A stretch of 64,000 nt of DNA. Source: an uncultured Candidatus Saccharibacteria bacterium (GTDB lineage: Bacteria > Patescibacteriota > Minisyncoccia > Phycocordibacterales > XYD1-FULL-46-19). The stretch is taken from contig CAZEAY010000002.1 of assembly GCA_964510655.1 (NCBI GenBank), positions 26,613 to 90,612 on the forward strand. Reading direction: 5' to 3'. The position numbers were made by a program, and so were the translations under genes. This document shows positions 18,197 through 27,978 of this stretch, in pieces. Position 1 is the first letter of the stretch. Each line of letters begins with the position of its first letter. Under the pieces are notes generated by a model. The model saw only the letters and a list, made by a program, of their open reading frames with translations, did no database searches and had not been told where the DNA came from.

Positions 18197-18262
18197 TTTT
18201 TCTTGTGTAATTTTGGAAATCAGGTAATATTTTTTTAGGTCTAGAATAAAGGAGGTTTTTCC

Positions 18263-18496
18263 ATGAAGTTCTTTGTACTCGGATTGTTCTGTCTTTTGAT
18301 GGCCTTGGGAGTAAAGCAGCTCCAAAAACTGACTCAGGCGACATCTTTTCCCGGACAAATTCCCAAGGGGATGTTGGTCCAGACCCAGTCCTGTTTGCCG
18401 GCTTCACTGCGGACCTTTCGCCGTCGGCACAAGCTGACTAGAAAGGAAAGATGGAGAGGTCCCTTTGAAGAGACGTTCTTTGTTTGGATGTATTAA
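18263..18496 (+). CDS. Small secreted protein (77 aa, signal peptide). SD-led gene with higher GC.
   Basis: A strong SD AAAGGAGG sits at 18248-18255. It has the signal peptide MKFFVLGLFCLLMALG and a basic C-terminus, and is followed by a terminator. Confidence 0.45.
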   Translation: MKFFVLGLFCLLMALGVKQLQKLTQATSFPGQIPKGMLVQTQSCLPASLRTFRRRHKLTRKERWRGPFEETFFVWMY

Positions 18497-18511
18497 GCCT
18501 CATCTCAAAGC

Positions 18512-18550
18512 AAAACCCCAGTCCTGTTTAGGCTGGGGTTTTTATTTTTT
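18512..18550. terminator. Bidirectional terminator (aaaaccccagtcctgtttaggctggggttttt)
   Basis: A CCCCAG/CTGGGG stem with a T-tract lies between the small ORF and convergent rpmB. Confidence 0.75.
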
Positions 18551-18555
18551 TAAAT

Positions 18556-18762
18556 TTATTTTTCGATTCTAATTTCTAGTTGTTTGCCGGCTTTAAGACA
18601 TTTGGTGCAAACTTTTAGGCGGGAGCCGTCGGTCAATTTGGCCCATTGTAAATTAGGCTGTTTGCGCAGTTTTGGGATTGGATTGTATTTGGTGGCACGG
18701 ACGCGGTTGGAGTAGCCTCCGACCATCTGGCTGCCTTTGTTACAAATTGGACAAGATTTCAT
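18556..18762 (-). CDS. rpmB: 50S ribosomal protein L28, zinc-ribbon (C+) form
   Basis: CPICNKG...VCTKCLK form a CxxC...CxxC motif, and SNRVRATKYNP(I)PKL matches the L28 core. Length is 68 aa. Confidence 0.7.
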   Translation of the reverse strand: MKSCPICNKGSQMVGGYSNRVRATKYNPIPKLRKQPNLQWAKLTDGSRLKVCTKCLKAGKQLEIRIEK

Positions 18763-18821
18763 GATATTTATTGGTTATTTAACTCGCCCATGGTAACATA
18801 AAGACATAATTTTGCAAGTAT

Positions 18822-19427
18822 ATGATTGCTATCTTCTATATTTTAATTGTCTTATTTTCTGTTGTTATCCATGAGGTTTCCCATGGTTTTATGGCTAATC
18901 TCTTAGGTGATCCTACGGCTAAAATACAAGGTCGTCTGACCCTCAACCCCTTAAAACATCTTGATCCGGTTGGGTCCATTATTTTACCGGCAATGCTGTA
19001 TTTTTCTGGGGTTCCCGTCATTGGCTGGGCTAAACCAGTGCCCTTTAACCCTTATAATCTTAGGGCGGGTAAGTGGGGCCCCGCTCTGGTGGCGGTAGTC
19101 GGGCCGGTCTCTAACTTGATTGTGGCTAGTTTTTTTAGTCTATTAATTAGGTTAAATATAGCCTTTCTTCTTGTTGGTGCTCCTTTTAATGAGCTCTGCA
19201 TGGTTATTGTGGGACTGAACGTGGTTTTGGCGATCTTTAATCTTGTTCCTATCCCACCACTTGATGGCTCCAAAGTCCTTTTTGCTGTTTTGCCTTATAA
19301 AATGCGCTACATTGAAGCCTTTTTAGAGCGCTACGGTTTGTTGTTGATAATTCTTTTTCTCTTTTGGGGAGTCAGTCTCATCCTTCCTATTCAGCAGTGG
19401 CTAGTCGGTTTCCTTGTGGGGGTCTAA
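18822..19427 (+). CDS. Site-2 protease family zinc metalloprotease (peptidase M50-like) membrane protein
   Basis: HEVSHGF forms an HExxH motif in the first TM helix. The protein is multi-pass membrane with a downstream LDG motif (PPLDGSKV). Confidence 0.7.
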   Translation: MIAIFYILIVLFSVVIHEVSHGFMANLLGDPTAKIQGRLTLNPLKHLDPVGSIILPAMLYFSGVPVIGWAKPVPFNPYNLRAGKWGPALVAVVGPVSNLIVASFFSLLIRLNIAFLLVGAPFNELCMVIVGLNVVLAIFNLVPIPPLDGSKVLFAVLPYKMRYIEAFLERYGLLLIILFLFWGVSLILPIQQWLVGFLVGV

Positions 19428-19640
19428 AAGATTGCATTATTTGCTGATATATAGTACAGTATAGCCACTAGTCATTTGCTTCTGTAGCTGGAAACAAAGG
19501 CTTTTTTAAGAATTAGAGTTGTTACTTGATCTGGTTTTACACTTAACTTAATCAGACTAGTATCTTATTTATCGGGCCTGTCGGGCCTTACCGACGGTTC
19601 GTTTTTTTGTGTTAATTAATAATTTGTAATTGAATTCAAG

Positions 19641-20060
19641 ATGCCTACAATTAATCAGTTAGTAAAAAGAAGTCGTAAACCAGTTCGCCGCAAGTCCCAA
19701 ACGGTGGCTTTGTCGCGTGGTTTTGATGCCTTGGAGAACAAGCCGACTTTCTACCCAGCTCCTTTTAAACGTGGAGTTTGTACGGTAGTCAAAACAACCA
19801 CTCCTAAGAAACCAAACTCGGCGTTGCGTAAAATTGCGCGTGTTCGTTTGACTAATGGAATGGAAGTAACCGCTTATATTCCTGGAGAAGGTCATAATTT
19901 ACAAGAGCACTCGGTGGTAATGATCCGTGGTGGTCGGGTAAAAGACTTGCCTGGTGTTCGTTATCATATTGTTCGTGGTGTGCTTGATTGTGCTGGGGTA
20001 GAGAAACGCCGCCAGGGTCGCAGTTTGTATGGTAATAAAAAGCCAAAAGCTAAAAAATAA
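19641..20060 (+). CDS. rpsL: 30S ribosomal protein S12
   Basis: It has MPTINQL...KKPNSALRK and is highly conserved as S12. Confidence 0.95.
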   Translation: MPTINQLVKRSRKPVRRKSQTVALSRGFDALENKPTFYPAPFKRGVCTVVKTTTPKKPNSALRKIARVRLTNGMEVTAYIPGEGHNLQEHSVVMIRGGRVKDLPGVRYHIVRGVLDCAGVEKRRQGRSLYGNKKPKAKK

Positions 20061-20070
20061 TTAAACTCCT

Positions 20071-20550
20071 ATGCGAAGAAAAATAACAAACAAGCGACAA
20101 CTTAAACCAGATTTCCAGTACAATTCGGTAAAAGTGGAAAAGTTGATCAACTATATTATGGAGCGGGGCAAGAAAAATGCTGCGCGTAAAATTGTTTATG
20201 GTGCTTTTGAGATTATAAAAGAGGATGCCAAAAAAGATCCAATTGAGATCTACGAAGAAGCCTTGAAAAACGTTGGTCCTTTAACCGAGATTCGTTCTAA
20301 GCGAGTTGGAGGGGCAAACTATCAGGTTCCTCACGAAGTTCGTCCAGAACGCCGATTAGCTTTGGCTTTGCGTTGGATGATCGAGGCCGCTGGATCTAAA
20401 AAAGGAAAACCAATGGCGATTAAGTTGTCTGAGGAATTACTCGCGGCGGCTAAGAATGAAGGTGACGCTGTTAAAAAGCGTGAAATGGTTCATCGCATGG
20501 CTGAGGCGAATCGTGCCTTTGCTCACTTTGCTGTGGCAAGAAAGGGCTAA
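20071..20550 (+). CDS. rpsG: 30S ribosomal protein S7
   Basis: S7 family protein in the str operon position. Confidence 0.9.
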   Translation: MRRKITNKRQLKPDFQYNSVKVEKLINYIMERGKKNAARKIVYGAFEIIKEDAKKDPIEIYEEALKNVGPLTEIRSKRVGGANYQVPHEVRPERRLALALRWMIEAAGSKKGKPMAIKLSEELLAAAKNEGDAVKKREMVHRMAEANRAFAHFAVARKG

Positions 20551-20637
20551 AATTAAATTATAAATTAAAAATGTAAAGTTAAAAATTAAGATCTTAGATT
20601 TCATTTCTAATTTCTAATTTTTAATTTCTAATTAAAT

Positions 20638-22788
20638 ATGAGAGATTATCCATTAGAAAAAGTTCGTAATTTTGGAATTATTGCGCACATTGATGCCGGT
20701 AAAACTACCACTTCAGAACGCATTCTGTTTTACACGGGTGAAAGTCATAAAATTGGAGAAGTCCACGACGGAGCAACCGTTACTGACTGGATGGAACAGG
20801 AGCGTGAGCGTGGTATTACCATTACTTCAGCCGCCATTACCTGTTTTTGGAATCCGACTTATATGGGGACTGATGTTTCTAAAAAGGTTCGGTTCAATAT
20901 TATTGATACACCAGGGCACATCGACTTTACGGCTGAAGTAAAGCGTTCTTTGCGTGTTCTCGACGGGGCAGTGGTGGTGTTTGATGGGGTGGCGGGGGTA
21001 GAACCACAGTCCGAAACCAACTGGCGTTATGCTGATGATGGTAATGTTCCTCGAATCTGTTTAATTAATAAACTTGATCGAATGGGGGCATCATTTGAAA
21101 AGTCTTTTCAGTCAATCCTGGATCGTCTAAATAAAAATGCCGTTCGGATGCAGATTCCGATTGGTTTAGAAGAAAATTTTGAAGGAGTAATTGATTTACT
21201 TAAAATGAAGGCCTTCTATTTTGAAGGTAATATGGGTAGTCAAATCCGGGAAGCGGAAATTCCAGCTGAATACTTGGAAGAAGCAAAAAAATACCGTGCC
21301 GAATTGGTTGAAAAAATTGTTGAACAAGATGAGACTTTACTCAATGCTTATTTTGAAGGAAAAGAACCTTCCTTTGAGCAACTAAAGGAGACTCTTCGTC
21401 AAGCTGTTTTGTCGGTAAAAATTATTCCGGTTTTTGCTGGTTCCGCTTTGAAAAACAAAGGGGTGCAACTCGTTTTGGATGGTGTTGTTGATTATCTGCC
21501 GTCGCCCCTTGACATTCCTCCAGTTCATGGAATTGACCCTAATACCGGAGAAACAATTTATCGTAATGCTTCAGACGAAGAGCCTTTTTCTGCTCTCGCT
21601 TTTAAGTTACAAACAGATCCCTTTGTTGGTCAGTTAACTTTCTTCCGAGTCTATTCTGGATCAATTTCTTCGGGTACTTATATCTACAATTCTACTACTG
21701 GTGAAAAAGAACGCCTTGGTCGCATTGTTCGTATGCAGGCCGATAAGCGGGAAGAAGTTCAAACGGTATATGCTGGAGAGATTGCCGCGGCTGTTGGTTT
21801 GAAAAATGCTAAGACTTCTCATACTTTTTGTGATGAAGAAAAACCAATTATCCTTGATCAGATTAAATTCGTTGAACCCGTTATCTCGATGCGAATTGAG
21901 CCTAAGACTAAAGCCGATCAAGAAAAAATGGGTATTGCTCTTAAAAAATTATCTGATGAAGATCCTACCTTTAAAATTAATTCTGATTCGGAAACTGGTG
22001 AGACTTTAATTTCCGGTATGGGCGAACTTCACTTGGATATTATGGTGGATCGCATGAAACGCGAATTTAATGTGGAAGCTAATATTGGTAAACCACAGGT
22101 ATCGTATAAGGAGACTATTACCGGGACGGCTGAAGTGGAAAATAAGTATGTTAAACAGTCTGGGGGTAAGGGGCAATACGGTCATGTGAAAATTAAGATT
22201 AAGCCAATGGATACTTCTTTGACTGAGGAACAGATTAAAGACTTACCTAAGAATGTTAAGCGTTATGTCGATTTTGAATTTATTAACACAATTAAGGGCG
22301 GAGCTATTCCTGGGGAATATATTCCCGCCGTCGAAAAAGGTTTGAAAGAAGCCATGGAGCGTGGAGTTTTGGCTGGTTATAAATTGGTCAATGTTTCGGT
22401 TGAGCTTTATGATGGTTCTTTCCATGAGGTAGACTCTTCTGAACTCGCGTTTAAACTAGCTGCTTCTATGGCCCTTCAAGAGGGTATTAAGAAAGCTAAT
22501 CCGGTAATTATGGAGCCAATTATGAAGTTAGAGGTCATTGTTCCGGAAAAATTCATGGGTGATGTCACCGGTAACCTTTCTTCTAAGCGAGCCCAAATCG
22601 AAGGAATGTCTGATCGTGTTGGTGGCTTGAAAGTGGTAGATGCTAAAGTGCCTCTTTCGGAAATGTTTGGTTATGTCACCAACTTACGTTCGATGACCGA
22701 AGGACGGGGAACTTCGACAATGGAATTTTCCCACTATGCGATTGTGCCAAAGAATGTGGAAATGACAATTATGGAAGGAAGGAAATAA
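20638..22788 (+). CDS. fusA: Elongation factor G
   Basis: It has the G-domain motifs [14 protein letters not shown] and NKLD. Length is 716 aa. Confidence 0.95.
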   Translation: MRDYPLEKVRNFGIIAHIDAGKTTTSERILFYTGESHKIGEVHDGATVTDWMEQERERGITITSAAITCFWNPTYMGTDVSKKVRFNIIDTPGHIDFTAEVKRSLRVLDGAVVVFDGVAGVEPQSETNWRYADDGNVPRICLINKLDRMGASFEKSFQSILDRLNKNAVRMQIPIGLEENFEGVIDLLKMKAFYFEGNMGSQIREAEIPAEYLEEAKKYRAELVEKIVEQDETLLNAYFEGKEPSFEQLKETLRQAVLSVKIIPVFAGSALKNKGVQLVLDGVVDYLPSPLDIPPVHGIDPNTGETIYRNASDEEPFSALAFKLQTDPFVGQLTFFRVYSGSISSGTYIYNSTTGEKERLGRIVRMQADKREEVQTVYAGEIAAAVGLKNAKTSHTFCDEEKPIILDQIKFVEPVISMRIEPKTKADQEKMGIALKKLSDEDPTFKINSDSETGETLISGMGELHLDIMVDRMKREFNVEANIGKPQVSYKETITGTAEVENKYVKQSGGKGQYGHVKIKIKPMDTSLTEEQIKDLPKNVKRYVDFEFINTIKGGAIPGEYIPAVEKGLKEAMERGVLAGYKLVNVSVELYDGSFHEVDSSELAFKLAASMALQEGIKKANPVIMEPIMKLEVIVPEKFMGDVTGNLSSKRAQIEGMSDRVGGLKVVDAKVPLSEMFGYVTNLRSMTEGRGTSTMEFSHYAIVPKNVEMTIMEGRK

Positions 22789-22832
22789 ACTAATTAGAAA
22801 TTACCAATTCCAAATTAAAAATTAAATTCACA

Positions 22833-22859
22833 AAAAAGCGGGCGACACCCGCTTTTTTG
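22833..22859 (+). terminator. Rho-independent terminator after fusA (aaaaaagcgggcgacacccgctttttt)
   Basis: A GCGGG...CCCGC stem with a T-tract. Confidence 0.75.
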
Positions 22860-22913
22860 TTATTAGTTATCAACATATTTCTATATTGGACATGTCCTTG
22901 ACTTTTATTTCTG

Positions 22914-22922
22914 TGTTATACT
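22914..22922 (+). promoter_or_regulatory. Extended -10-like element (TGtTATACT), 7 nt before the ATG of ORF 22930
   Basis: It has the same promoter-abuts-ATG geometry as pilB and tpiA. A TTGACT also lies 13 nt upstream. Confidence 0.4.
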
Positions 22923-22929
22923 GCGAATA

Positions 22930-23643
22930 ATGGTACTAAGGAAGAACTATCGTCCACGAAAAGGGAACTCTCTTACGAGGCTAGTTGTTGCGCTAGCGGT
23001 GTTGTTGGTGCTCGGTTTGGGCGGGAAAGTTTGGTATGTTTATGCCCAAAATGATGATATAGAAACTAAAGGACAACTAACAGAGACTCATCCGTCCTCT
23101 TTAGTTAATTTTGATAAAACTACCTGGAGTATTTTAAGAGATCCAGATAATTCTTTCGAAATAAAATTTCCTAAAAGTATTCTTAAAAGAAATTCTAAAC
23201 AGGTCAATTCTCCTCTTGCTAATGAAGAAAAGTTGAAATCCGTCGGTCTGGCCCATATTATTCCGGCCTCTAATTGTGATGTTCCAAATTCGGTGCGCTG
23301 TGTTCCCACTACCACTGATATGGCGATAGATTTCTTTTCTGTCACTAGGAATTTTAATGATGTTTTTAAGGAATTACAAAAGATTTATGGTCCAAATATG
23401 TTGGTGGTGACTGTTGATGGCCATCAAGGTGTGAGGTTTAGTCTCGGTGATGCCAAAGAGGGGGTGGTCTATACAGCTCTGCCAATTAATAATACTAAAA
23501 CTCTGTTTATTAAGCGGTACTATCTAAAAGAACCCCCAAAGTCCTCTTTGGGGAGTAATTTGGCTGACTTTATTAGCCCTCCTGATCAGAAAGACCTTTT
23601 TGATCAAATTATGTCCAGCCTGACTTTTCGCCCAACCCTTTAG
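22930..23643 (+). CDS. Hypothetical membrane-anchored protein (N-terminal TM helix, 237 aa), inserted between fusA and tuf
   Basis: Basic N-terminus followed by LVVALAVLLVLGLGG. No recognisable catalytic motif. Confidence 0.5.
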   Translation: MVLRKNYRPRKGNSLTRLVVALAVLLVLGLGGKVWYVYAQNDDIETKGQLTETHPSSLVNFDKTTWSILRDPDNSFEIKFPKSILKRNSKQVNSPLANEEKLKSVGLAHIIPASNCDVPNSVRCVPTTTDMAIDFFSVTRNFNDVFKELQKIYGPNMLVVTVDGHQGVRFSLGDAKEGVVYTALPINNTKTLFIKRYYLKEPPKSSLGSNLADFISPPDQKDLFDQIMSSLTFRPTL

Positions 23644-23679
23644 GGGGGATAGTCTGTCTCTAAAGTATTAAACCCTCTC

Positions 23680-23707
23680 TTGACTTATCGAGTCCTTCTG
23701 TTAATAT
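23680..23707 (+). promoter_or_regulatory. Sigma70-like promoter TTGACT-16-TAATAT upstream of tuf
   Basis: Good -35/-10 hexamers with a 16-nt spacer about 190 nt before the tuf ATG. Confidence 0.45.
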
Positions 23708-23894
23708 GGAGGCTACGCTAATGTGCGTGCTTTTTATTGTTAACAGGGGAGAGCAAGATAAAAAAGTTGTTATTTTTTTATCTTCGAACCAAGGAAGACA
23801 ATATCTTATCTAGTTATATTGTGTTGTTGTCAACAACATCACGTTAAAAAAGACAAGAAATTATTAATAGTTTATTAAGTATTTAAATAAAAGT

Positions 23895-25097
23895 ATGGCA
23901 GAAAAATTTGACAGGTCTAAGCCACACGTAAACGTTGGTACAATTGGCCACGTTGACCACGGTAAGACAACTACGACAGCAGCTATTTTGCATGTCTTAA
24001 ACTTAGCAAAGGATCAAGGCTACAGCGCTCGCGTTGAGGGTGTTGATGGTATTGATAATGCTCCAGAAGAAAAAGCTCGTGGAATCACGATTGCTCTTCA
24101 CCACTCTGAATACCAGACACCTAGTCGTCACTATGCTCATATTGACGCCCCAGGTCACGCTGACTACATCAAGAACATGATTACTGGTGCTGCTCAGATG
24201 GATGGAGCGGTATTGGTAGTAGCCGCCACTGATGGTGCTATGCCTCAGACTCGTGAGCACGTTCTTTTGGCTCGCCAAGTAGGTGTACCAAAGATGATCG
24301 TTTACTTGAACAAGTGTGATATGGTTGATGACCCTGAAATGATTGACTTGGTAGAAGAAGAAATTCGTGAGCTTTTGACCAAGCAAGAATTTGATGGTGC
24401 CAATGTACCTATCATCCGTGGTTCTTCTTTGAAGGCTTTGGATGCTACCTCTTTGGATGATCCATGGGCTCAAAAAATTATGGAATTGGTAAAGGCTATG
24501 GATGAATACATTCCTGATCCTGTTCGTGAAAACGACAAACCTTTCCTTATGCCAATCGAAGACATCTTCTCAATCGAAGGCCGTGGTACTGTTGTTACTG
24601 GCCGTATCGAGCGCGGAGTTGTGAAAGTGGGTGAAGAAGTGGAAATTGTTGGTATTAAAGACACCGCTAAAACCACTATCACTGGAATTGAAATGTTCAA
24701 CAAGCAATTGGAAGAAGGTATGGCTGGTGATAATGCCGGTATTCTTCTTCGCGGCTTGAAGAAAGACGATGTTACTCGTGGTCAAGTTTTGTGTAAGACT
24801 GGTTCCGTAAAGCCTCATACAGATTTCGTGGCTGAGGTATACATCCTTACCAAAGAGGAGGGTGGCCGTCATACTCCATTCTTCACTGGCTACAAGCCAC
24901 AGTTTTATGTTCGGACTACCGACGTAACTGGAGAAGTAACTCTAAATGAAGATGTAAAAATGGTTATGCCTGGAGATACTGTAACTTTCAACGTAAAGTT
25001 GGTAGCCCCAGTTGCTTTGGAAGAAAAACAGCGCCTTGCTATCCGTGAAGGAGGTAAGACTGTCGGCGCCGGTGTGGTTACTAAGATCAACGCCTAG
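23895..25097 (+). CDS. tuf: Elongation factor Tu
   Basis: It has [17 protein letters not shown] and NKCD motifs and is near-universal in sequence. Confidence 0.97.
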   Translation: MAEKFDRSKPHVNVGTIGHVDHGKTTTTAAILHVLNLAKDQGYSARVEGVDGIDNAPEEKARGITIALHHSEYQTPSRHYAHIDAPGHADYIKNMITGAAQMDGAVLVVAATDGAMPQTREHVLLARQVGVPKMIVYLNKCDMVDDPEMIDLVEEEIRELLTKQEFDGANVPIIRGSSLKALDATSLDDPWAQKIMELVKAMDEYIPDPVRENDKPFLMPIEDIFSIEGRGTVVTGRIERGVVKVGEEVEIVGIKDTAKTTITGIEMFNKQLEEGMAGDNAGILLRGLKKDDVTRGQVLCKTGSVKPHTDFVAEVYILTKEEGGRHTPFFTGYKPQFYVRTTDVTGEVTLNEDVKMVMPGDTVTFNVKLVAPVALEEKQRLAIREGGKTVGAGVVTKINA

Positions 25098-25113
25098 CTA
25101 GCTTAAGAGTGTT

Positions 25114-25509
25114 TTGACCCTTAAAAAAATGCCCACAACCGCTACAACTAAAACCAAAAAAGTTACCGCTAAGGCGAAAGCTAAACCAGAGGTTGAAAAA
25201 GATCTCTCCCGCCTTCGTATTAAGGTATCGGCTTATGAAAACAAAATTCTTGATGCTTCCGTCAAGCAGATTGTAGACACAGCTATGCGGTACGATGGTA
25301 AAGTTAGGGGACCAATACCTCTTCCAACCGAGATTAAAAAATATACGGTTAATCGCTCTAGTTTCATTGATAAAAACTCTCGTGAGCAATTTGAAATGAG
25401 AATTCATAAGCGGGTAATCGATATTGTGAGTCCATCTCCAAAAATTATCGAAAATCTCACAAACTTAAATTTACCATCTGGTGTCAATATCGACGTTAAG
25501 ATGATGTAA
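25114..25509 (+). CDS. rpsJ: 30S ribosomal protein S10, with a Lys/Thr/Ala-rich N-terminal extension
   Basis: The S10 core RIKVSAYENKILD...VRGPIPLPT... is present. An approximately 30-aa basic N-terminal extension precedes it. Confidence 0.85.
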   Translation: MTLKKMPTTATTKTKKVTAKAKAKPEVEKDLSRLRIKVSAYENKILDASVKQIVDTAMRYDGKVRGPIPLPTEIKKYTVNRSSFIDKNSREQFEMRIHKRVIDIVSPSPKIIENLTNLNLPSGVNIDVKMM

Positions 25510-25513
25510 AACT

Positions 25514-25540
25514 AAAAAACCGCCTTCGGGCGGTTTTTTA
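25514..25540. terminator. Bidirectional terminator (aaaaaaccgccttcgggcggtttttta)
   Basis: A GCCGCC...GGCGG-type palindrome with a TTCG loop, flanked by A- and T-tracts. Confidence 0.85.
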
Positions 25541-25551
25541 GTTTCTTTCTA

Positions 25552-25995
25552 CTAATCACTGATATTAAATATCGCCATAATTAATCTAGCTAAAAGTCCA
25601 CGTTTTTTCTTTGGAGCTTCTTTTTTTTCTATTCCACCACCTCCTCCATTCATACTTTGGTTGAGAGAAATTTGATTATTTATATTAATACCACTAGAAT
25701 CAGAATTTTTGTCTTCAGGTTTAGATTCTGGTGTGATTCCTCTGATTTCACCTTTCAATTGTTCAATTCTTTCTCGCCTTTCTCCTTCTAGGTTTGTTTG
25801 TGGTATCTCCTCTGTCTCCATGTGTCCATCGGGGTTTTCTGGAGGGGTTAGATTATCATTTTCAGGATTTTCTTGTTCTGTTTCGGTCGCATTTTCAGGT
25901 TTGGCGAGACTGCTCATGTCAACTATCTCTGCCCCATCTTGCCCCTCTTCTTTTACTTCTTCTTGATGGGGTTTAAAATTTTCCGCTGAATTCAT
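25552..25995 (-). CDS. Acidic, low-complexity (Glu/Pro/Asn-rich) hypothetical protein with a basic-hydrophobic C-terminus
   Basis: It is a 147-aa ORF with a strongly biased acidic composition. It sits on the opposite strand, wedged between rpsJ and rplC. Confidence 0.4.
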   Translation of the reverse strand: MNSAENFKPHQEEVKEEGQDGAEIVDMSSLAKPENATETEQENPENDNLTPPENPDGHMETEEIPQTNLEGERRERIEQLKGEIRGITPESKPEDKNSDSSGININNQISLNQSMNGGGGGIEKKEAPKKKRGLLARLIMAIFNISD

Positions 25996-26187
25996 ATTGA
26001 TTGTGGTTAGCTAATTCATTAAATTATAGCATGATAGTCCTTCTTGTCATCAAGGAAGGGGATATAAAGATATCGTAAGAGTTTGGTGTTTGACTTTTTT
26101 CGGTTATTTGATAGTATTATCCCAAGCTCGCTTAGGGCTCTTGTTTTTTGTACGGAGCACCTAATACCATTTAAATAAAGCATTTCT

Positions 26188-26330
26188 ATGAATCCCGTGG
26201 TATTAAATGGCATCGTTGGGGACATAGGAAAGGGTGGAGCTGAATCAATTAAGTAAATTAACAAATTTTAATATAGATGGCATAGGAGAGTCCCAACCGG
26301 ACAATGCCATTTTCCACTAACGGGATGAAA
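26188..26330 (+). repeat. Conserved ~140-nt leader element, copy B (upstream of and overlapping the rplC start). Hairpin ATGGCAT-N20-ATGCCAT at 26277..26310.
   Basis: Collinear ~75% identity to 12845..12987, ending in the identical ...AATGCCATTTTyCACTAACGGGATGAAA. Confidence 0.6.
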
Positions 26331-26948
26331 TTCATTCTTGGCACAAAAGTAAATATGACTCAGGTTTTTGAGGATAATGGACGGGTAACTACCGGTACCC
26401 TTATTTCTGCGTTGCCAATGAAGGTTACTCAGGTTAAAAGCTTGGCTAAGGATAAATATGAATCTGTCCAAGTTGGCTCCGGAGAGAAGAAAGCTAAAAA
26501 TGCCTCAAAGGCGGTGTTAGGTCACTTGAAAACCAATACTCCTGCTGAAGGAAAGGCTTTTCGTCATATTCAAGAATTCCGTCTCTCCAGTCCAGCTGTC
26601 AATGTTGGCGACACTATCGACGTCTCAGTTTTTGCTGAAGGGGATGTCGTGACAGTCTCTGGGCTTTCGAAATCCAAGGGTTTCCAGGGGGTAGTAAAGC
26701 GTCATGGTTTTCATGGAGGACGTCGTTCTCATGGACAGAAACATTCCGAGCGTGAGCCAGGTTCTATTGGTGCCACCAGTCCTCAACGCGTTTTTCGCGG
26801 TACTCGAATGGCGGGACGAATGGGAGGAGAAAGAATTGCTGTTAGAAATTTAAAGGTGGTAAAAATTGATAAAGAAAACAATCAAATTTTGGTTAGTGGG
26901 GCCATTCCTGGTCGCCGTGGGACTTTGGTTGAAATCGTAAGTAAGTAG
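26325..26948 (+). CDS. rplC: 50S ribosomal protein L3. The start is placed at the second ATG, MKFILG...
   Basis: MKFILGTKVNMTQVF matches the canonical L3 N-terminus. The upstream ATG at 26304 lies inside the conserved hairpin. Confidence 0.9.
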   Translation: MKFILGTKVNMTQVFEDNGRVTTGTLISALPMKVTQVKSLAKDKYESVQVGSGEKKAKNASKAVLGHLKTNTPAEGKAFRHIQEFRLSSPAVNVGDTIDVSVFAEGDVVTVSGLSKSKGFQGVVKRHGFHGGRRSHGQKHSEREPGSIGATSPQRVFRGTRMAGRMGGERIAVRNLKVVKIDKENNQILVSGAIPGRRGTLVEIVSK

Positions 26949-26967
26949 AAACAATTTAAATACAAAT

Positions 26968-27642
26968 ATGACAAACGCCAAATTACAAACTAAAATATTC
27001 AGTCAGACTGGTAAGGAAGCCGGCAATATTGAATTACCTGCCAATGTTTTTGGTGTAAAATGGAATGCTAATCTTGTTCATCAAGTGGCTACTTCCATGA
27101 TGTCTAATGCTCGCAATACGGTGGCTGATACTAAAGGCCGAGGAGAAGTTTCTGGTGGCGGTAAGAAACCTTGGCGTCAAAAAGGTACTGGCCGGGCTCG
27201 TCATGGTTCTTCTCGTTCTCCTATTTGGAAAGGGGGAGGAGTTACTCATGGTCCAACTTCAGAAATAAACTTCAAACGAAAGATCAACAAAAAGATGAAG
27301 GCTAAGGCTTTATTCGCTATTCTTTCGGCTAAACTAAAAGATGGTGAAGTAATCATGCTGGAAGACTTAAAATTGTCTGCCCCTAAGGTTAAGTTGGCTC
27401 AAGATACTCTCGCTAATTTGGCGAAAAGTGGTTTTGAGAAGATAAACTACAAGGTGGGCAAGCGCGTTATTATTGCCACTCCAGAGCTTGATGAAAATAT
27501 GCAAAAGAGTTTCCGCAACATTAAGAGCGCTACCGTTGAGGAAGTGCGCAATCTAAATCCATTGTCTTTGTTGAATTACAAATATGTCGTTTTTGTTCGA
27601 CCAGAGGATAGTCTTAAACAAGTAATTGCTCGCGTAAAATAA
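26968..27642 (+). CDS. rplD: 50S ribosomal protein L4
   Basis: L4 family by motif and by order after L3. Confidence 0.9.
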   Translation: MTNAKLQTKIFSQTGKEAGNIELPANVFGVKWNANLVHQVATSMMSNARNTVADTKGRGEVSGGGKKPWRQKGTGRARHGSSRSPIWKGGGVTHGPTSEINFKRKINKKMKAKALFAILSAKLKDGEVIMLEDLKLSAPKVKLAQDTLANLAKSGFEKINYKVGKRVIIATPELDENMQKSFRNIKSATVEEVRNLNPLSLLNYKYVVFVRPEDSLKQVIARVK

Positions 27643-27647
27643 ATACC

Positions 27648-27953
27648 ATGTCCGTTATCAGTAAATCAATTAAAGCTGCTACTCTTACCCTTTCTCGTCC
27701 ACGCGTGACCGAAAAGGCTACTTTCTTGTCGGGAGCTAAAAACCCTGTTTACACCTTTGAGGTGGTTAAAGAGGCGACTAAGGCGGAAATAATTAAAGTA
27801 TTTAAGAGTAAGTATAAGTTAGAGCCAGTGAAGGTGAATATTGTAAATTTACCTCGCAAATCTACTTTCAAGCGTGGTCACTTGGGTTTTAAAACTGGTG
27901 TCAAAAAAGCGTTAGTTTTTTTGAAGCCGGGAGAAAAACTAGAATTGATCTAA
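27648..27953 (+). CDS. rplW: 50S ribosomal protein L23
   Basis: L23 family by size (101 aa) and position. Confidence 0.85.
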   Translation: MSVISKSIKAATLTLSRPRVTEKATFLSGAKNPVYTFEVVKEATKAEIIKVFKSKYKLEPVKVNIVNLPRKSTFKRGHLGFKTGVKKALVFLKPGEKLELI

Positions 27954-27978
27954 CTAATTAAGTTTTACGAATAATAAG

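Noticed and set aside
19440-19640. Possible attenuator/terminator (CGGGCCTGTCGGGCC ... ACCGACGGTTCGTTTTTTT) in the rpsL leader
   Set aside because: The stems are short (4-6 bp) and imperfect. It could be an S12/S7 leader structure, but the evidence is too weak to call a feature.
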